A DNA stretch of 57,626 nucleotides, taken from the NCBI GenBank assembly GCA_025463865.1, contig JAODBH010000078.1, forward strand, positions 1 through 57,626. Direction: 5' to 3'. The DNA is from Actinomycetes bacterium (GTDB taxonomy: Bacteria > Actinomycetota > Acidimicrobiia > IMCC26256 > Chersky-534). Numbering within the stretch: the stretch's first letter is position 1; each line of letters begins with the position of its first letter. This document shows positions 9,115-17,291 of the stretch, in pieces. The notes below the pieces were generated by a model that worked only from the letters and a program-made list of their open reading frames with translations, did not search any database and was not told the DNA's origin. A program made the translations under genes and the position numbers.

Positions 9115-10356
9115 GTGGACACCAAGGGACCAGCGTCGGCGTCGGCAATGGATCTGCCGTCGGACCGGGACGCATCGGGGCGCAGCTTCGGACCCGAAGA
9201 GCTCGCGCGCGTCGCCGCGGTGCTCGCGTCGGGTTCGCTCACCGCGACCGCGGGCGCGCAGACGCCGGAGCTCGAAGCCGACTTCGCTGCGCTGCTCGGT
9301 GTCCGGCACGTCGTCGCGTGCTCGTCGGGCACCGCCGCGGTGCACGCGGCGATCGCGGCCGTCGATCCCGACCCCGGTGACGAGATCATCACCACGTCGA
9401 TCACCGACATGGGTGCGATCGCGCCGATCCTCTACCAGGGTGCGATCCCGGTGTTCGCCGACGTCGAGCCGACGACCGGCAACGTCACCGCGGCCACGGT
9501 CGAGGCCGCGCTCTCCGACCGGACCAAAGCGATCATCGTCACGCACCTCTTCGGCCTCCCCGCCGAGGTCGACGCCATCACCGCACTGGCCGACGCGCGA
9601 GGCATCGCCGTCATCGAGGACTGCGCGCAGGCGTACCTCGCCGAACGCGGCGGCCGAAAGGTCGGAACCTTCGGCGCGGTCAACGCGTTCAGCCTCCAGC
9701 AGGGCAAGCACATCACGACCGGCGAGGGCGGCCTGGTCGCCGGCGACGACGACCACTTCGCGCGACGCGCCCGGCTCTTCGTCAACAAGGGCTGGCCCTA
9801 CGGCGAGAGCGGCCCCGACCACGAGTTCCTGGCCATCAACTCGCGCATCAGCGAGCTCCAGGCCGCGGTGGCGAACGCCCAGCTCGAGAAGCTGGCCGCC
9901 GGGGTGGCCCAGCGGATCGCGATGGCCGACCGACTGACCGAGCAGCTCGCCGACGTGCCGGGCATCGAGACCCCGCCGGTTCCTGCGGGCGACCGGCACG
10001 TGTACTGGAAGTACTGCCTCCGCGTCGATCCCGAGGTCATTCCGGGCGGGCCGCCCGCGATCGCCGACGAGCTGAAGCTCGGGGGCATCGCCTCGGCGCC
10101 CCGCTACATCCAGAAGCCGGCCTTCCGCTGCGCGGTCATCCGGGACCAGGTCACGTTCGGATCGAGTCACTGGCCGTTCGACCTCGCCCGGCCCGAAGCG
10201 CTCGACTACGACGAGTCCCGCTTCCCCGGCACGTTCGACATGCTCGACCGCGTGCTGGTGCTGCCGTTCAACGAACGGTACGAGGAGCAGCACGTGGACC
10301 ACCTCGCCAAGGCCATCCGCGCTTCGGTCGAGTCGGTTGCGGGCGGTCGGCCGTGA
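9115..10356 (+). CDS. DegT/DnrJ/EryC1/StrS PLP-dependent sugar aminotransferase
   Basis: SSGTAA, IEDCAQA and FSLQQGKHITTGEGG with the PLP lysine; GGAGG SD. Confidence 0.93.
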   Translation: MDTKGPASASAMDLPSDRDASGRSFGPEELARVAAVLASGSLTATAGAQTPELEADFAALLGVRHVVACSSGTAAVHAAIAAVDPDPGDEIITTSITDMGAIAPILYQGAIPVFADVEPTTGNVTAATVEAALSDRTKAIIVTHLFGLPAEVDAITALADARGIAVIEDCAQAYLAERGGRKVGTFGAVNAFSLQQGKHITTGEGGLVAGDDDHFARRARLFVNKGWPYGESGPDHEFLAINSRISELQAAVANAQLEKLAAGVAQRIAMADRLTEQLADVPGIETPPVPAGDRHVYWKYCLRVDPEVIPGGPPAIADELKLGGIASAPRYIQKPAFRCAVIRDQVTFGSSHWPFDLARPEALDYDESRFPGTFDMLDRVLVLPFNERYEEQHVDHLAKAIRASVESVAGGRP

Positions 10357-11378
10357 CCGCCCCGCTGCGGTACGCCGTGATCGGCGCGGGAGGCATCGCG
10401 CAGTCGTACGCGCAGGTGTTCGCGCTCACCGCCGACGCCAAGGCCGTCGTGGTCGTCGACGAGGTTCGCGAGCGCGGCGACGCGTTCGCGGAGCGCCTCG
10501 GGTGCCGGTCGCTGCTCTCCTACACCGACGTCGACGTGTCCACCATCGACGCGGTGCTCGTCTGCACACCGCCGATCACCCACTTCGAGATCTGCTCGCA
10601 CTTCATCGCGGCCGGGATCCCGGTCCTCTGCGAGAAGCCGTTGGCGATCGACACCTCGAGCGCCGAGGCGCTCGTCTCCGCGGCGGAGACCGCCGGCGTC
10701 ACGTTCACGATGGCGGCCAAGTTCCGCTACTGCGCCGACGTCATCCGGGCCAAGAGCATCGTGGCGTCGGGCATCCTCGGCGAGATCATGCTGTTCGAGA
10801 ACGTGTTCGCGTCGCGCGTCTCGATGGGTACCCGCTGGAACGCCGATCCCGCGATCAGCGGTGGCGGGGTCATCATCGACAACGGCACCCACTCGGTCGA
10901 CATCGTCCGCTACTTCCTCGGGCCGGTCGCCGACGTGATGGCCGTGGAAGGCAAGCGGGTGCAGGGCCTCCCGGTCGAGGACACCGCCCAGATGTACATC
11001 CGCACCGTCGACGACGTCATGGCCACGGTCGACCTGTCGTGGAGCATCGACAAGGAGGTCGACAGCTTCATCAGCATCTACGGCTCGCAGGGCACCGTGC
11101 GGGTGGGCTGGAAGGAGTCGAAGTACCGCCAGGTGTCGAGTCCCGACTGGGTGGTCTTCGGCACCGGCTACGACAAGCTCCAGGCGATGGGCGACCAGCT
11201 CGCCAACTTCACCGCCGCGGTGCGAGGCGACGAGAAGCTGCTCATCTCCGGCGAGGACGCCATCGCGTCGGTCAGCGTGATCGAGCGCGCGTACTGCTCG
11301 CTCGCCCGGACCGACTGGGTGGCGGTCACGGGTGACGGCTCGGCGCTCCCGCAGGACTCCGGTGAACTTGTCGGCTGA
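10353..11378 (+). CDS. Gfo/Idh/MocA NAD-dependent sugar oxidoreductase
   Basis: VIGAGGIA, LCEKP, GGGVIIDNGTH; GTGA overlap with the aminotransferase. Confidence 0.92.
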   Translation: MTAPLRYAVIGAGGIAQSYAQVFALTADAKAVVVVDEVRERGDAFAERLGCRSLLSYTDVDVSTIDAVLVCTPPITHFEICSHFIAAGIPVLCEKPLAIDTSSAEALVSAAETAGVTFTMAAKFRYCADVIRAKSIVASGILGEIMLFENVFASRVSMGTRWNADPAISGGGVIIDNGTHSVDIVRYFLGPVADVMAVEGKRVQGLPVEDTAQMYIRTVDDVMATVDLSWSIDKEVDSFISIYGSQGTVRVGWKESKYRQVSSPDWVVFGTGYDKLQAMGDQLANFTAAVRGDEKLLISGEDAIASVSVIERAYCSLARTDWVAVTGDGSALPQDSGELVG

Positions 11379-12132
11379 CACGGTCGCTCGCGACCCGTCG
11401 GGCACGGTCGCTCGCGACCCATCGGGCGCGGTGTCCCGCGACGCGCGGGTTCACCCGACGGCTGACGTGGAGTCGGGGGTCCAGATCGGCGCGGGAACCG
11501 CGATCTGGGACCACGTGCACGTGCGCGCCCCGGCGCGCATCGGCGCTGAGTGCATCGTCGGCGGCAAGACCTACATCGCGGGCGAGGTCGAGATCGGCGA
11601 CCGGGTGAAGCTCAACGCGTTCGTCTACGTCTGCTCGGGCGTGACCATCGAGCGCGGCGTCATGGCCGGCGCCGGCACCATCTTCACCAACGACCGCTTC
11701 CCACGCGCGACCACTCCCGACCTGTCGGAGCTCCGTTCCTCCGACGTCGACGAGCACACGCTCCCGACGCTGGTCCGCGAGGGCGCGTCGATCGGAGCCG
11801 GGGCGGTCATCGGCTGCGGCATCGAGATCGGCCGCTTCGCCATGGTGGGCATGGGCTCGGTCGTCAGCCGAACCGTCCCCGACTTCCACCTCGTCGTCGG
11901 TAGCCCGGCCCGCACCATCGGCTGCGTCTGCCGTTGTGGCGAGCCGTTCGTGCGGTGCGCGCCCGGCGAGATCCCGCGCGCCCGCGCGGCCCGTTGCCCG
12001 GTGTGCGACCGCGTCTATGACGTCGACGCGACCGGCATGGTCACCGAGGTCTTCGAGATCTCCGACAACGAGACCCCCCGCACCGAGACCTCCGACACCG
12101 ACGGGACCACGGCCAGGCCCGGTCCGGCATGA
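11362..12132 (+). CDS. Hexapeptide-repeat N-acyltransferase (WbpD/WlbB-like) with C-terminal Cys-rich zinc ribbon
   Basis: VHPTADV, IGAGTAIW, FTNDRFPR, VVGSPAR, CVCRC...CPVC. Start uncertain (11332/11362/11431). Confidence 0.88.
   Translation: MNLSADTVARDPSGTVARDPSGAVSRDARVHPTADVESGVQIGAGTAIWDHVHVRAPARIGAECIVGGKTYIAGEVEIGDRVKLNAFVYVCSGVTIERGVMAGAGTIFTNDRFPRATTPDLSELRSSDVDEHTLPTLVREGASIGAGAVIGCGIEIGRFAMVGMGSVVSRTVPDFHLVVGSPARTIGCVCRCGEPFVRCAPGEIPRARAARCPVCDRVYDVDATGMVTEVFEISDNETPRTETSDTDGTTARPGPA
11379..11426 (+). repeat. 24-bp tandem duplication at the oxidoreductase/acyltransferase junction
   Basis: CACGGTCGCTCGCGACCC(G/A)TCGGG twice, beginning immediately after the TGA at 11376-11378; encodes TVARDPSG twice. 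Confidence 0.9.
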
Positions 12133-14516
12133 CCGCCGACCGGCAACCGCGCCGGGTCGGCATCGTCGGCGGCGGCATGCTCGGGCTGACGCTCGCGCTC
12201 CGGCTCGCGCAGCGGGGCGACGACGTCACGGTGTTCGAAGGCGCCGAGCGTCTCGGCGGCCTCGCCAGCGCGTGGTCGCTCGACGTCGACGGCGAGGACC
12301 CGGTCGTCTGGGACCGCCACTACCACGTGACGTTGCTCTCCGACCTCGCCGTGCGCGGCGTGCTCGGCGATCTCGGCCTCGAACGCGACATGCGGTGGGT
12401 CCAGACCAAGACCGGGTTCTCCGCCGACGGGCGCCTCTCGTCGGTCTCCGACTCGATCGACTACCTCCGCCTGCCGTCCCTCAGCCCCGTTGCGAAGGCA
12501 CGCCTCGCGACGACGATCCTCTACGGATCCCGCGTGCACGACTGGGAGAAGCTCGAGCAGATCCCGGTCTCCGACTGGCTCACGCGGTGGTCGGGCCGGG
12601 CGACCTACGAGCGGTTCTGGCTGCCGCTGCTGCGGGCGAAGCTGGGGGAGAGCTACCGCGACGCGTCCGCCGCGTTCATCTGGGCCACCATCCAGCGCCT
12701 GTACGCCGCCCGTCGCTCCGGCATGAAGAAGGAGCTCTTCGGCTACGTGCCCGGCGGCTACGCGCGCATCCTCGAGCGCTTCGGCGTCGTCCTCGCCGAG
12801 CTCGGCGTCGACGTCCGGCTCGGAGCGTCGGTGGCGTCGGTCACGCGCGGCCCTGACGCCGACGCGGTGACGGTCACCGCCGGGAACGGCGGCACCGACG
12901 AGTTCGACGACGTCGTGCTCACCACCACCACGTCGACGGTGAGCCGTCTCGTACCGCAGCTCACCGCGGCCGAGCACGACCGCCTGGATGCGGTCCGCTA
13001 TCAGGGCATCGTGTGCGCGTCGGTCGTGCTCCGCCGGCCGTTGAGCCCCTACTACCTCACCTACCTGCTCGACCCCGCGCCCTTCACCGCCGTGGTCGAG
13101 ATGTCCGCCTTCGTCGACCCCAGCCAGCTCGGTGGCCACTCGCTCGTCTACCTCCCGAAGTACGTGGCGCCGAACGACGCGCGGTTCGACGCGAGCGACG
13201 ACGAGATCCGCGCGTCGTTCCTCCCCGCGCTCATGGAGCTGCATCCGCAGCTCACCGAAGACGATGTCCTCGCGTTCCGCGTCTCGCGGGTGCGCCAGGT
13301 CTTCGCGCTCCCCACCATCGGGTTCTCGCGCACGGTCCCGCCGCGCGAGACCAGCCTCCCGGGCGTCCACGTCGTGACGTCGGCCCAGATCGTCAACGGC
13401 ACGCTCAACGTCAACGACACCGTGCAGCTGGCCGAGCAGGCCGCGGTGTGGCTCGGCGGTCCCGCTCCGACGAGACGTGGGCCCGAGCCGCGGCTCGGTG
13501 CGCCGGCAACGGTCGCCACGGCCCGACCCGGAAGCGCGGTCGTCGCGACCGGCAAGCCGACCGCGAGCCTCTCGCTCGACCTCGACAACCTGTGGTCGTA
13601 CCAGAAGACCCACGGCGACCCGGGCTGGGAGAGCTATCCGTCCTATCTCGACCTCGTGATCCCGCGCGTGCTCGAGTTCCTCCGCCGGCGCGACCAGCGG
13701 ATCACCTTCTTCGTCGTCGGCCAGGACGCGGAGCTGGCGAAGAACAAGGACGCGCTCGCGCTGATCGGCGAGGCCGGGCACGAGATCGGCAACCACTCGT
13801 TCCGCCACGAGCCCTGGCTGCACCGCTACACCGAGGCCGAGCTCGACGAGGAGCTCGCCAAGACCGAGGACGCACTCGAGAACATCTCGGGTCAGCGGAC
13901 CACCGCGTTCCGGGGCCCCGGCTACAGCCTCAGCGAGTCGACGCTCCGGGTCCTGTCCCGCCGGGGCTACCTCGTCGACGCCTCGACCCTGCCCACCTAC
14001 ATCGGTCCGCTCGCCCGGGCCTTCTACTTCCGCCAGGCCGACCTCACCGAGGAGCAGCGGACCGAGCGCGAGGCCCTGTTCGGCACCTGGCGGGACGGCC
14101 GCCGGCCGGTCAAGCCCTACCGCTGGGCCATCGACGGCACCTCGTTGCTGGAGCTGCCCGTCACCACGTTCCCGGGCCTCAAGGTGCCCATGCACGTCAG
14201 CTACCTGCTGTTCCTCGCCGGCCGCTCCCCGGCGGCGGCCCGGGCGTACTGGCGGACGGCGCTCGCGGCCTGCAAGCTCACGGGCACCGAGCCGTCCCTG
14301 CTCCTGCACCCGCTCGACTTCCTCGGCGGCGACGACCTCGAGGAACTGGCATTCTTCCCGGGCATGGAGCTCTCGGCCGAGGTGAAGATGGGGCACGTCG
14401 GCACCTTTCTCGACGCGTTCGAGGCCCGGTTCCGGGTAGGGACCATGGGGGAGCACGCCGCCGCGCTCAACGCCCGCACCGACCTCGAGCTCGTCCAACC
14501 GAGGTTCGACCGATGA
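12129..14516 (+). CDS. Fused FAD-dependent oxidoreductase + polysaccharide deacetylase (CE4-like)
   Basis: N-terminal VGIVGGGMLG/LGGLA FAD motifs. After a Pro/Ala-rich linker: SLDLDN, GNHSFRH, FRGPGY and LLHPLD deacetylase motifs. Confidence 0.85.
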   Translation: MTADRQPRRVGIVGGGMLGLTLALRLAQRGDDVTVFEGAERLGGLASAWSLDVDGEDPVVWDRHYHVTLLSDLAVRGVLGDLGLERDMRWVQTKTGFSADGRLSSVSDSIDYLRLPSLSPVAKARLATTILYGSRVHDWEKLEQIPVSDWLTRWSGRATYERFWLPLLRAKLGESYRDASAAFIWATIQRLYAARRSGMKKELFGYVPGGYARILERFGVVLAELGVDVRLGASVASVTRGPDADAVTVTAGNGGTDEFDDVVLTTTTSTVSRLVPQLTAAEHDRLDAVRYQGIVCASVVLRRPLSPYYLTYLLDPAPFTAVVEMSAFVDPSQLGGHSLVYLPKYVAPNDARFDASDDEIRASFLPALMELHPQLTEDDVLAFRVSRVRQVFALPTIGFSRTVPPRETSLPGVHVVTSAQIVNGTLNVNDTVQLAEQAAVWLGGPAPTRRGPEPRLGAPATVATARPGSAVVATGKPTASLSLDLDNLWSYQKTHGDPGWESYPSYLDLVIPRVLEFLRRRDQRITFFVVGQDAELAKNKDALALIGEAGHEIGNHSFRHEPWLHRYTEAELDEELAKTEDALENISGQRTTAFRGPGYSLSESTLRVLSRRGYLVDASTLPTYIGPLARAFYFRQADLTEEQRTEREALFGTWRDGRRPVKPYRWAIDGTSLLELPVTTFPGLKVPMHVSYLLFLAGRSPAAARAYWRTALAACKLTGTEPSLLLHPLDFLGGDDLEELAFFPGMELSAEVKMGHVGTFLDAFEARFRVGTMGEHAAALNARTDLELVQPRFDR

Positions 14517-15607
14517 AGCTGGAACCCGACGACGTGGAGATCGAGGAGCTCGACGCACCCGGTGCCTCGGCCGAGCCCAACCTGCGTCACTCCGCGTCGG
14601 TGATCGTGCCCGCGTACAACGAGTCGGCGATCCTGGTCGACAACCTGTCCACGCTCTATGAATACATGGTCAGCCTCGACGACTTCGACTGGGAGATCGT
14701 GGTCGTCGACGACGGCAGCAAGGACGGAACCGGCGACCTCGCCGACGTCTTCGCCGCGTCGCACCCGCGGGTGCGCGTCCTGCGTCACCGGACGAACTTC
14801 CAGCTCGGGCAGGCGCTGCGCTTCGCGTTCGCCAGCTGCCGCTCCGATTACCTCGTCGTCATCGACGCCGACCTCAGCTACTCGCCCGACCACATCGGGC
14901 GGCTGCTGCACGCCATGGAGGACACCCACGCGCGCGTCGTGGTGGCGTCCCCCTACATGAAGGGCGGGGAGACCACCGCGGTCCCGCCCTTCCGCAAGGC
15001 CATGAGCCGCTGGGCCAACCGGATCCTCGGGCTCGCGGCCAAGGGCGACCTCCACACCCTCACGGGCATGGTGCGCGCCTACGACCGGCGCTTCCTCCGC
15101 ACCTTGAACCTCAAGGCGATGGACAACGAGATCAACACCGAGATCATCTACAAGGCGCAGCTCCTGCGGGGCCGGATCGTCGAGATCCCCGCCCACCTCG
15201 ACTGGACCGCGCAGGTCACCGAGCAGACCGAACGCTCGTCGAAGCTCCGCGTGAGCCGCAGCACCCTGTCGTCGGTGTTCGTGGCCTTCATCTTCCGGCC
15301 GTTCATGTTCTTCATCTTCCCGGGGCTCGTCCTCCTCGCGGCGTCGGCCTACATGCTGGTGTGGATCGTCATCCGGATGGTGCAGGACTACAACCTGCTA
15401 CCGGGGAAGCACGGGATCTCGGGCGCGTTCGCGGTCGCGTACGAACGCGCGCCCTACACGTTCATCGTCGGTGGGCTGAGCCTCATCGTCGCGGTGCAGC
15501 TGCTCTCGCTCGGGATCGTCGCGTTGCAGGCCAAGCGCTACTTCGAGGAGCTCTTCCATCTCGGGTCGTCCATCCTGAAACGCGTCGACCTCGAAGAAGA
15601 CGCATGA
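14513..15607 (+). CDS. GT2 glycosyltransferase (polyprenol-phosphate sugar synthase type, C-terminal TM helices)
   Basis: VIVPAYNE, VVDDGSKDGT, IDADLSY and two C-terminal hydrophobic segments; ATGA overlap with the upstream gene. Confidence 0.92.
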   Translation: MKLEPDDVEIEELDAPGASAEPNLRHSASVIVPAYNESAILVDNLSTLYEYMVSLDDFDWEIVVVDDGSKDGTGDLADVFAASHPRVRVLRHRTNFQLGQALRFAFASCRSDYLVVIDADLSYSPDHIGRLLHAMEDTHARVVVASPYMKGGETTAVPPFRKAMSRWANRILGLAAKGDLHTLTGMVRAYDRRFLRTLNLKAMDNEINTEIIYKAQLLRGRIVEIPAHLDWTAQVTEQTERSSKLRVSRSTLSSVFVAFIFRPFMFFIFPGLVLLAASAYMLVWIVIRMVQDYNLLPGKHGISGAFAVAYERAPYTFIVGGLSLIVAVQLLSLGIVALQAKRYFEELFHLGSSILKRVDLEEDA

Positions 15608-15647
15608 ATCGCGGTTACGCCCGACGCGCCTTGGGTACGTACGGCTG

Positions 15648-17165
15648 ATGGGCGTCGTCGAGGGAGCGCGGGTCGGTTCCCTCGTCACGGGTCACGTGCC
15701 TGAGGAGCCCGACACCCAGATCTACCCGCGCGTCCGTGAGTACGTCGCGCCGGCGGTGCTGGCGGTCGTCATGCTCGCCCTGGGGCTGTTCCGGTTGGGA
15801 TCGAAGCCCCTCTGGCAGGACGAGGGCTTCACCTGGTCGAGCGCGACCCTCAGCGGAGGGAAGCTCGTCCACCACCTGGTCCACACCGAGGCCACCGGTG
15901 GCCTCTACCTGGTCTTCCAGCACTTCTGGGTCAAGGTCGGCAGCGACATCTGGTGGCTCCGCTTGCCGTCGGTGCTGTTCGCGACGGCCGCGGTTCCCGT
16001 CCTCTGGGCCCTGACGCGTCGGCTGTTCGACGCCCGCACCGCGACGATCGCGGCGGCGCTCCTGGTGCTGAACGCGACCTTCCTCGATCACGTGCAGGAG
16101 GCCCGCACCTATCCCCTGGTGGTCCTGCTCGCGTGCACGTCGATGTACTGGTTCGTCCGGGAGATGGAGTCGCCGACGCGCGGCGCGCGGGGCTGGTGGG
16201 TGCTGACCACGATCCTCCTCGTGTTCGCGCACGTGGTGGCCGGACTGGTGATCGTCGCGCAGGTCGTGTCGCTGCTCGTCGCCCGCCCTGATCGCCGCCG
16301 CACCCGGCACGTCGCCCTGGGCGTGGGGATGATCGCGGTGGTGGTCCTGCCCTTCCTGGTGCTCGCCAAGTCGCAGCCACTCGAGGGGCCGGTCAACAAC
16401 CCGACGGTCCGGTTCTTCTACAACACCCTGCGGGTCCTGGCCGGGGGCGGCAACGTGCTCCTCCTGGTGGAAGCGGTGGCCGTCGGCGGCGCGCTGTGGC
16501 TGTTCGTCCGCACCTACCGTGCCCACCCCCGCACCGACGCCGCGTGGCGCCTCGCGCTCCCGGCACTGTGGTTCGGCCTCTCCAGTTTGCTGTTCTTCCT
16601 CTACGGCCAACTGGCGACGGGCTTCCAGCAGCGGTACCTGCTGGCGTTCGTGCCCGGCCTCTTCATCCTCGTCGCCCGGGGCATCACGTCGATCCCCAGC
16701 CGCGCGATCCAGGCGGTCGCCGTGGTCGTGGTGCTCGCGCTCGCGGCGCCCGGCGTGTGGCGCTGGTACGACCAGCCTCGCGAGGGCTTCGACCAGATCG
16801 CATCGGTCCTGGTCCACGACCGGCGACCCGGCGACGTGATCGTGTTCAAGGTCGACCTGAGCCGCATCCCCGTCGCCTACTACCTGCGCGACCAACCGGG
16901 AACCCGGCGGGACATCACCCCGGTCTGGCCCGGCGGCCCGGCGTGGATGTCCGGCTTCCGGACCGGCGACTACCGCTTCTCCGCGGTACCGCCAGCGGTG
17001 ATGGCCCGGGTCGCGGCGCGCAACGACCGCATCTGGGTGGTCGACGTCGGGGCCCTCGGGTCCCGGACCCGCAAGGCCATCCAGGTCCTCCGCCGCACGC
17101 ACCGGCGGGTCAAGGACGTGGAGGTCGGAGGCGCACCCAGCCTGCAACTCTTCGTCCGGAAGTAG
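15648..17165 (+). CDS. GT-C fold glycosyltransferase (GT39/ArnT-like), paralog 1
   Basis: LWQDE motif after the first TM, LRLPSVLF, QEARTY and RY motifs, many TM helices and a soluble C-terminal domain. Confidence 0.85.
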   Translation: MGVVEGARVGSLVTGHVPEEPDTQIYPRVREYVAPAVLAVVMLALGLFRLGSKPLWQDEGFTWSSATLSGGKLVHHLVHTEATGGLYLVFQHFWVKVGSDIWWLRLPSVLFATAAVPVLWALTRRLFDARTATIAAALLVLNATFLDHVQEARTYPLVVLLACTSMYWFVREMESPTRGARGWWVLTTILLVFAHVVAGLVIVAQVVSLLVARPDRRRTRHVALGVGMIAVVVLPFLVLAKSQPLEGPVNNPTVRFFYNTLRVLAGGGNVLLLVEAVAVGGALWLFVRTYRAHPRTDAAWRLALPALWFGLSSLLFFLYGQLATGFQQRYLLAFVPGLFILVARGITSIPSRAIQAVAVVVVLALAAPGVWRWYDQPREGFDQIASVLVHDRRPGDVIVFKVDLSRIPVAYYLRDQPGTRRDITPVWPGGPAWMSGFRTGDYRFSAVPPAVMARVAARNDRIWVVDVGALGSRTRKAIQVLRRTHRRVKDVEVGGAPSLQLFVRK

Positions 17166-17215
17166 CCGAGCCGCCCGGAGGGCGCCTCGCCGGGACCTGC
17201 CTAAACTCCCGGATC

Positions 17216-17287
17216 ATGCACGTTGCGGTCGGTTCCGGCGCCGACGACCCGTCGATCGTCGGCCCCGATGAGCCGATGAGCCGATGA
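17216..17287 (+). CDS. 23-aa leader ORF ending in an ATGA overlap with GT-C paralog 2 (possible frameshifted N-terminus)
   Basis: TAAACT (17202-17207), 8 nt, then ATG 17216; encodes MHVAVGSGADDPSIVGPDEPMSR*. Confidence 0.5.
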   Translation: MHVAVGSGADDPSIVGPDEPMSR

Positions 17288-17291
17288 GCCG
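17265..17291 (+). repeat. 8-bp tandem repeat (CCGATGAG x3 + CCG) containing the start codon
   Basis: Copies at 17265-17272, 17273-17280 and 17281-17288. Confidence 0.95.

Noticed and set aside
13013-14512. 864-aa extended GT2
   Set aside because: The upstream part is an off-frame overlap of the oxidoreductase/deacetylase gene; GT2 starts at the ATGA overlap at 14513.
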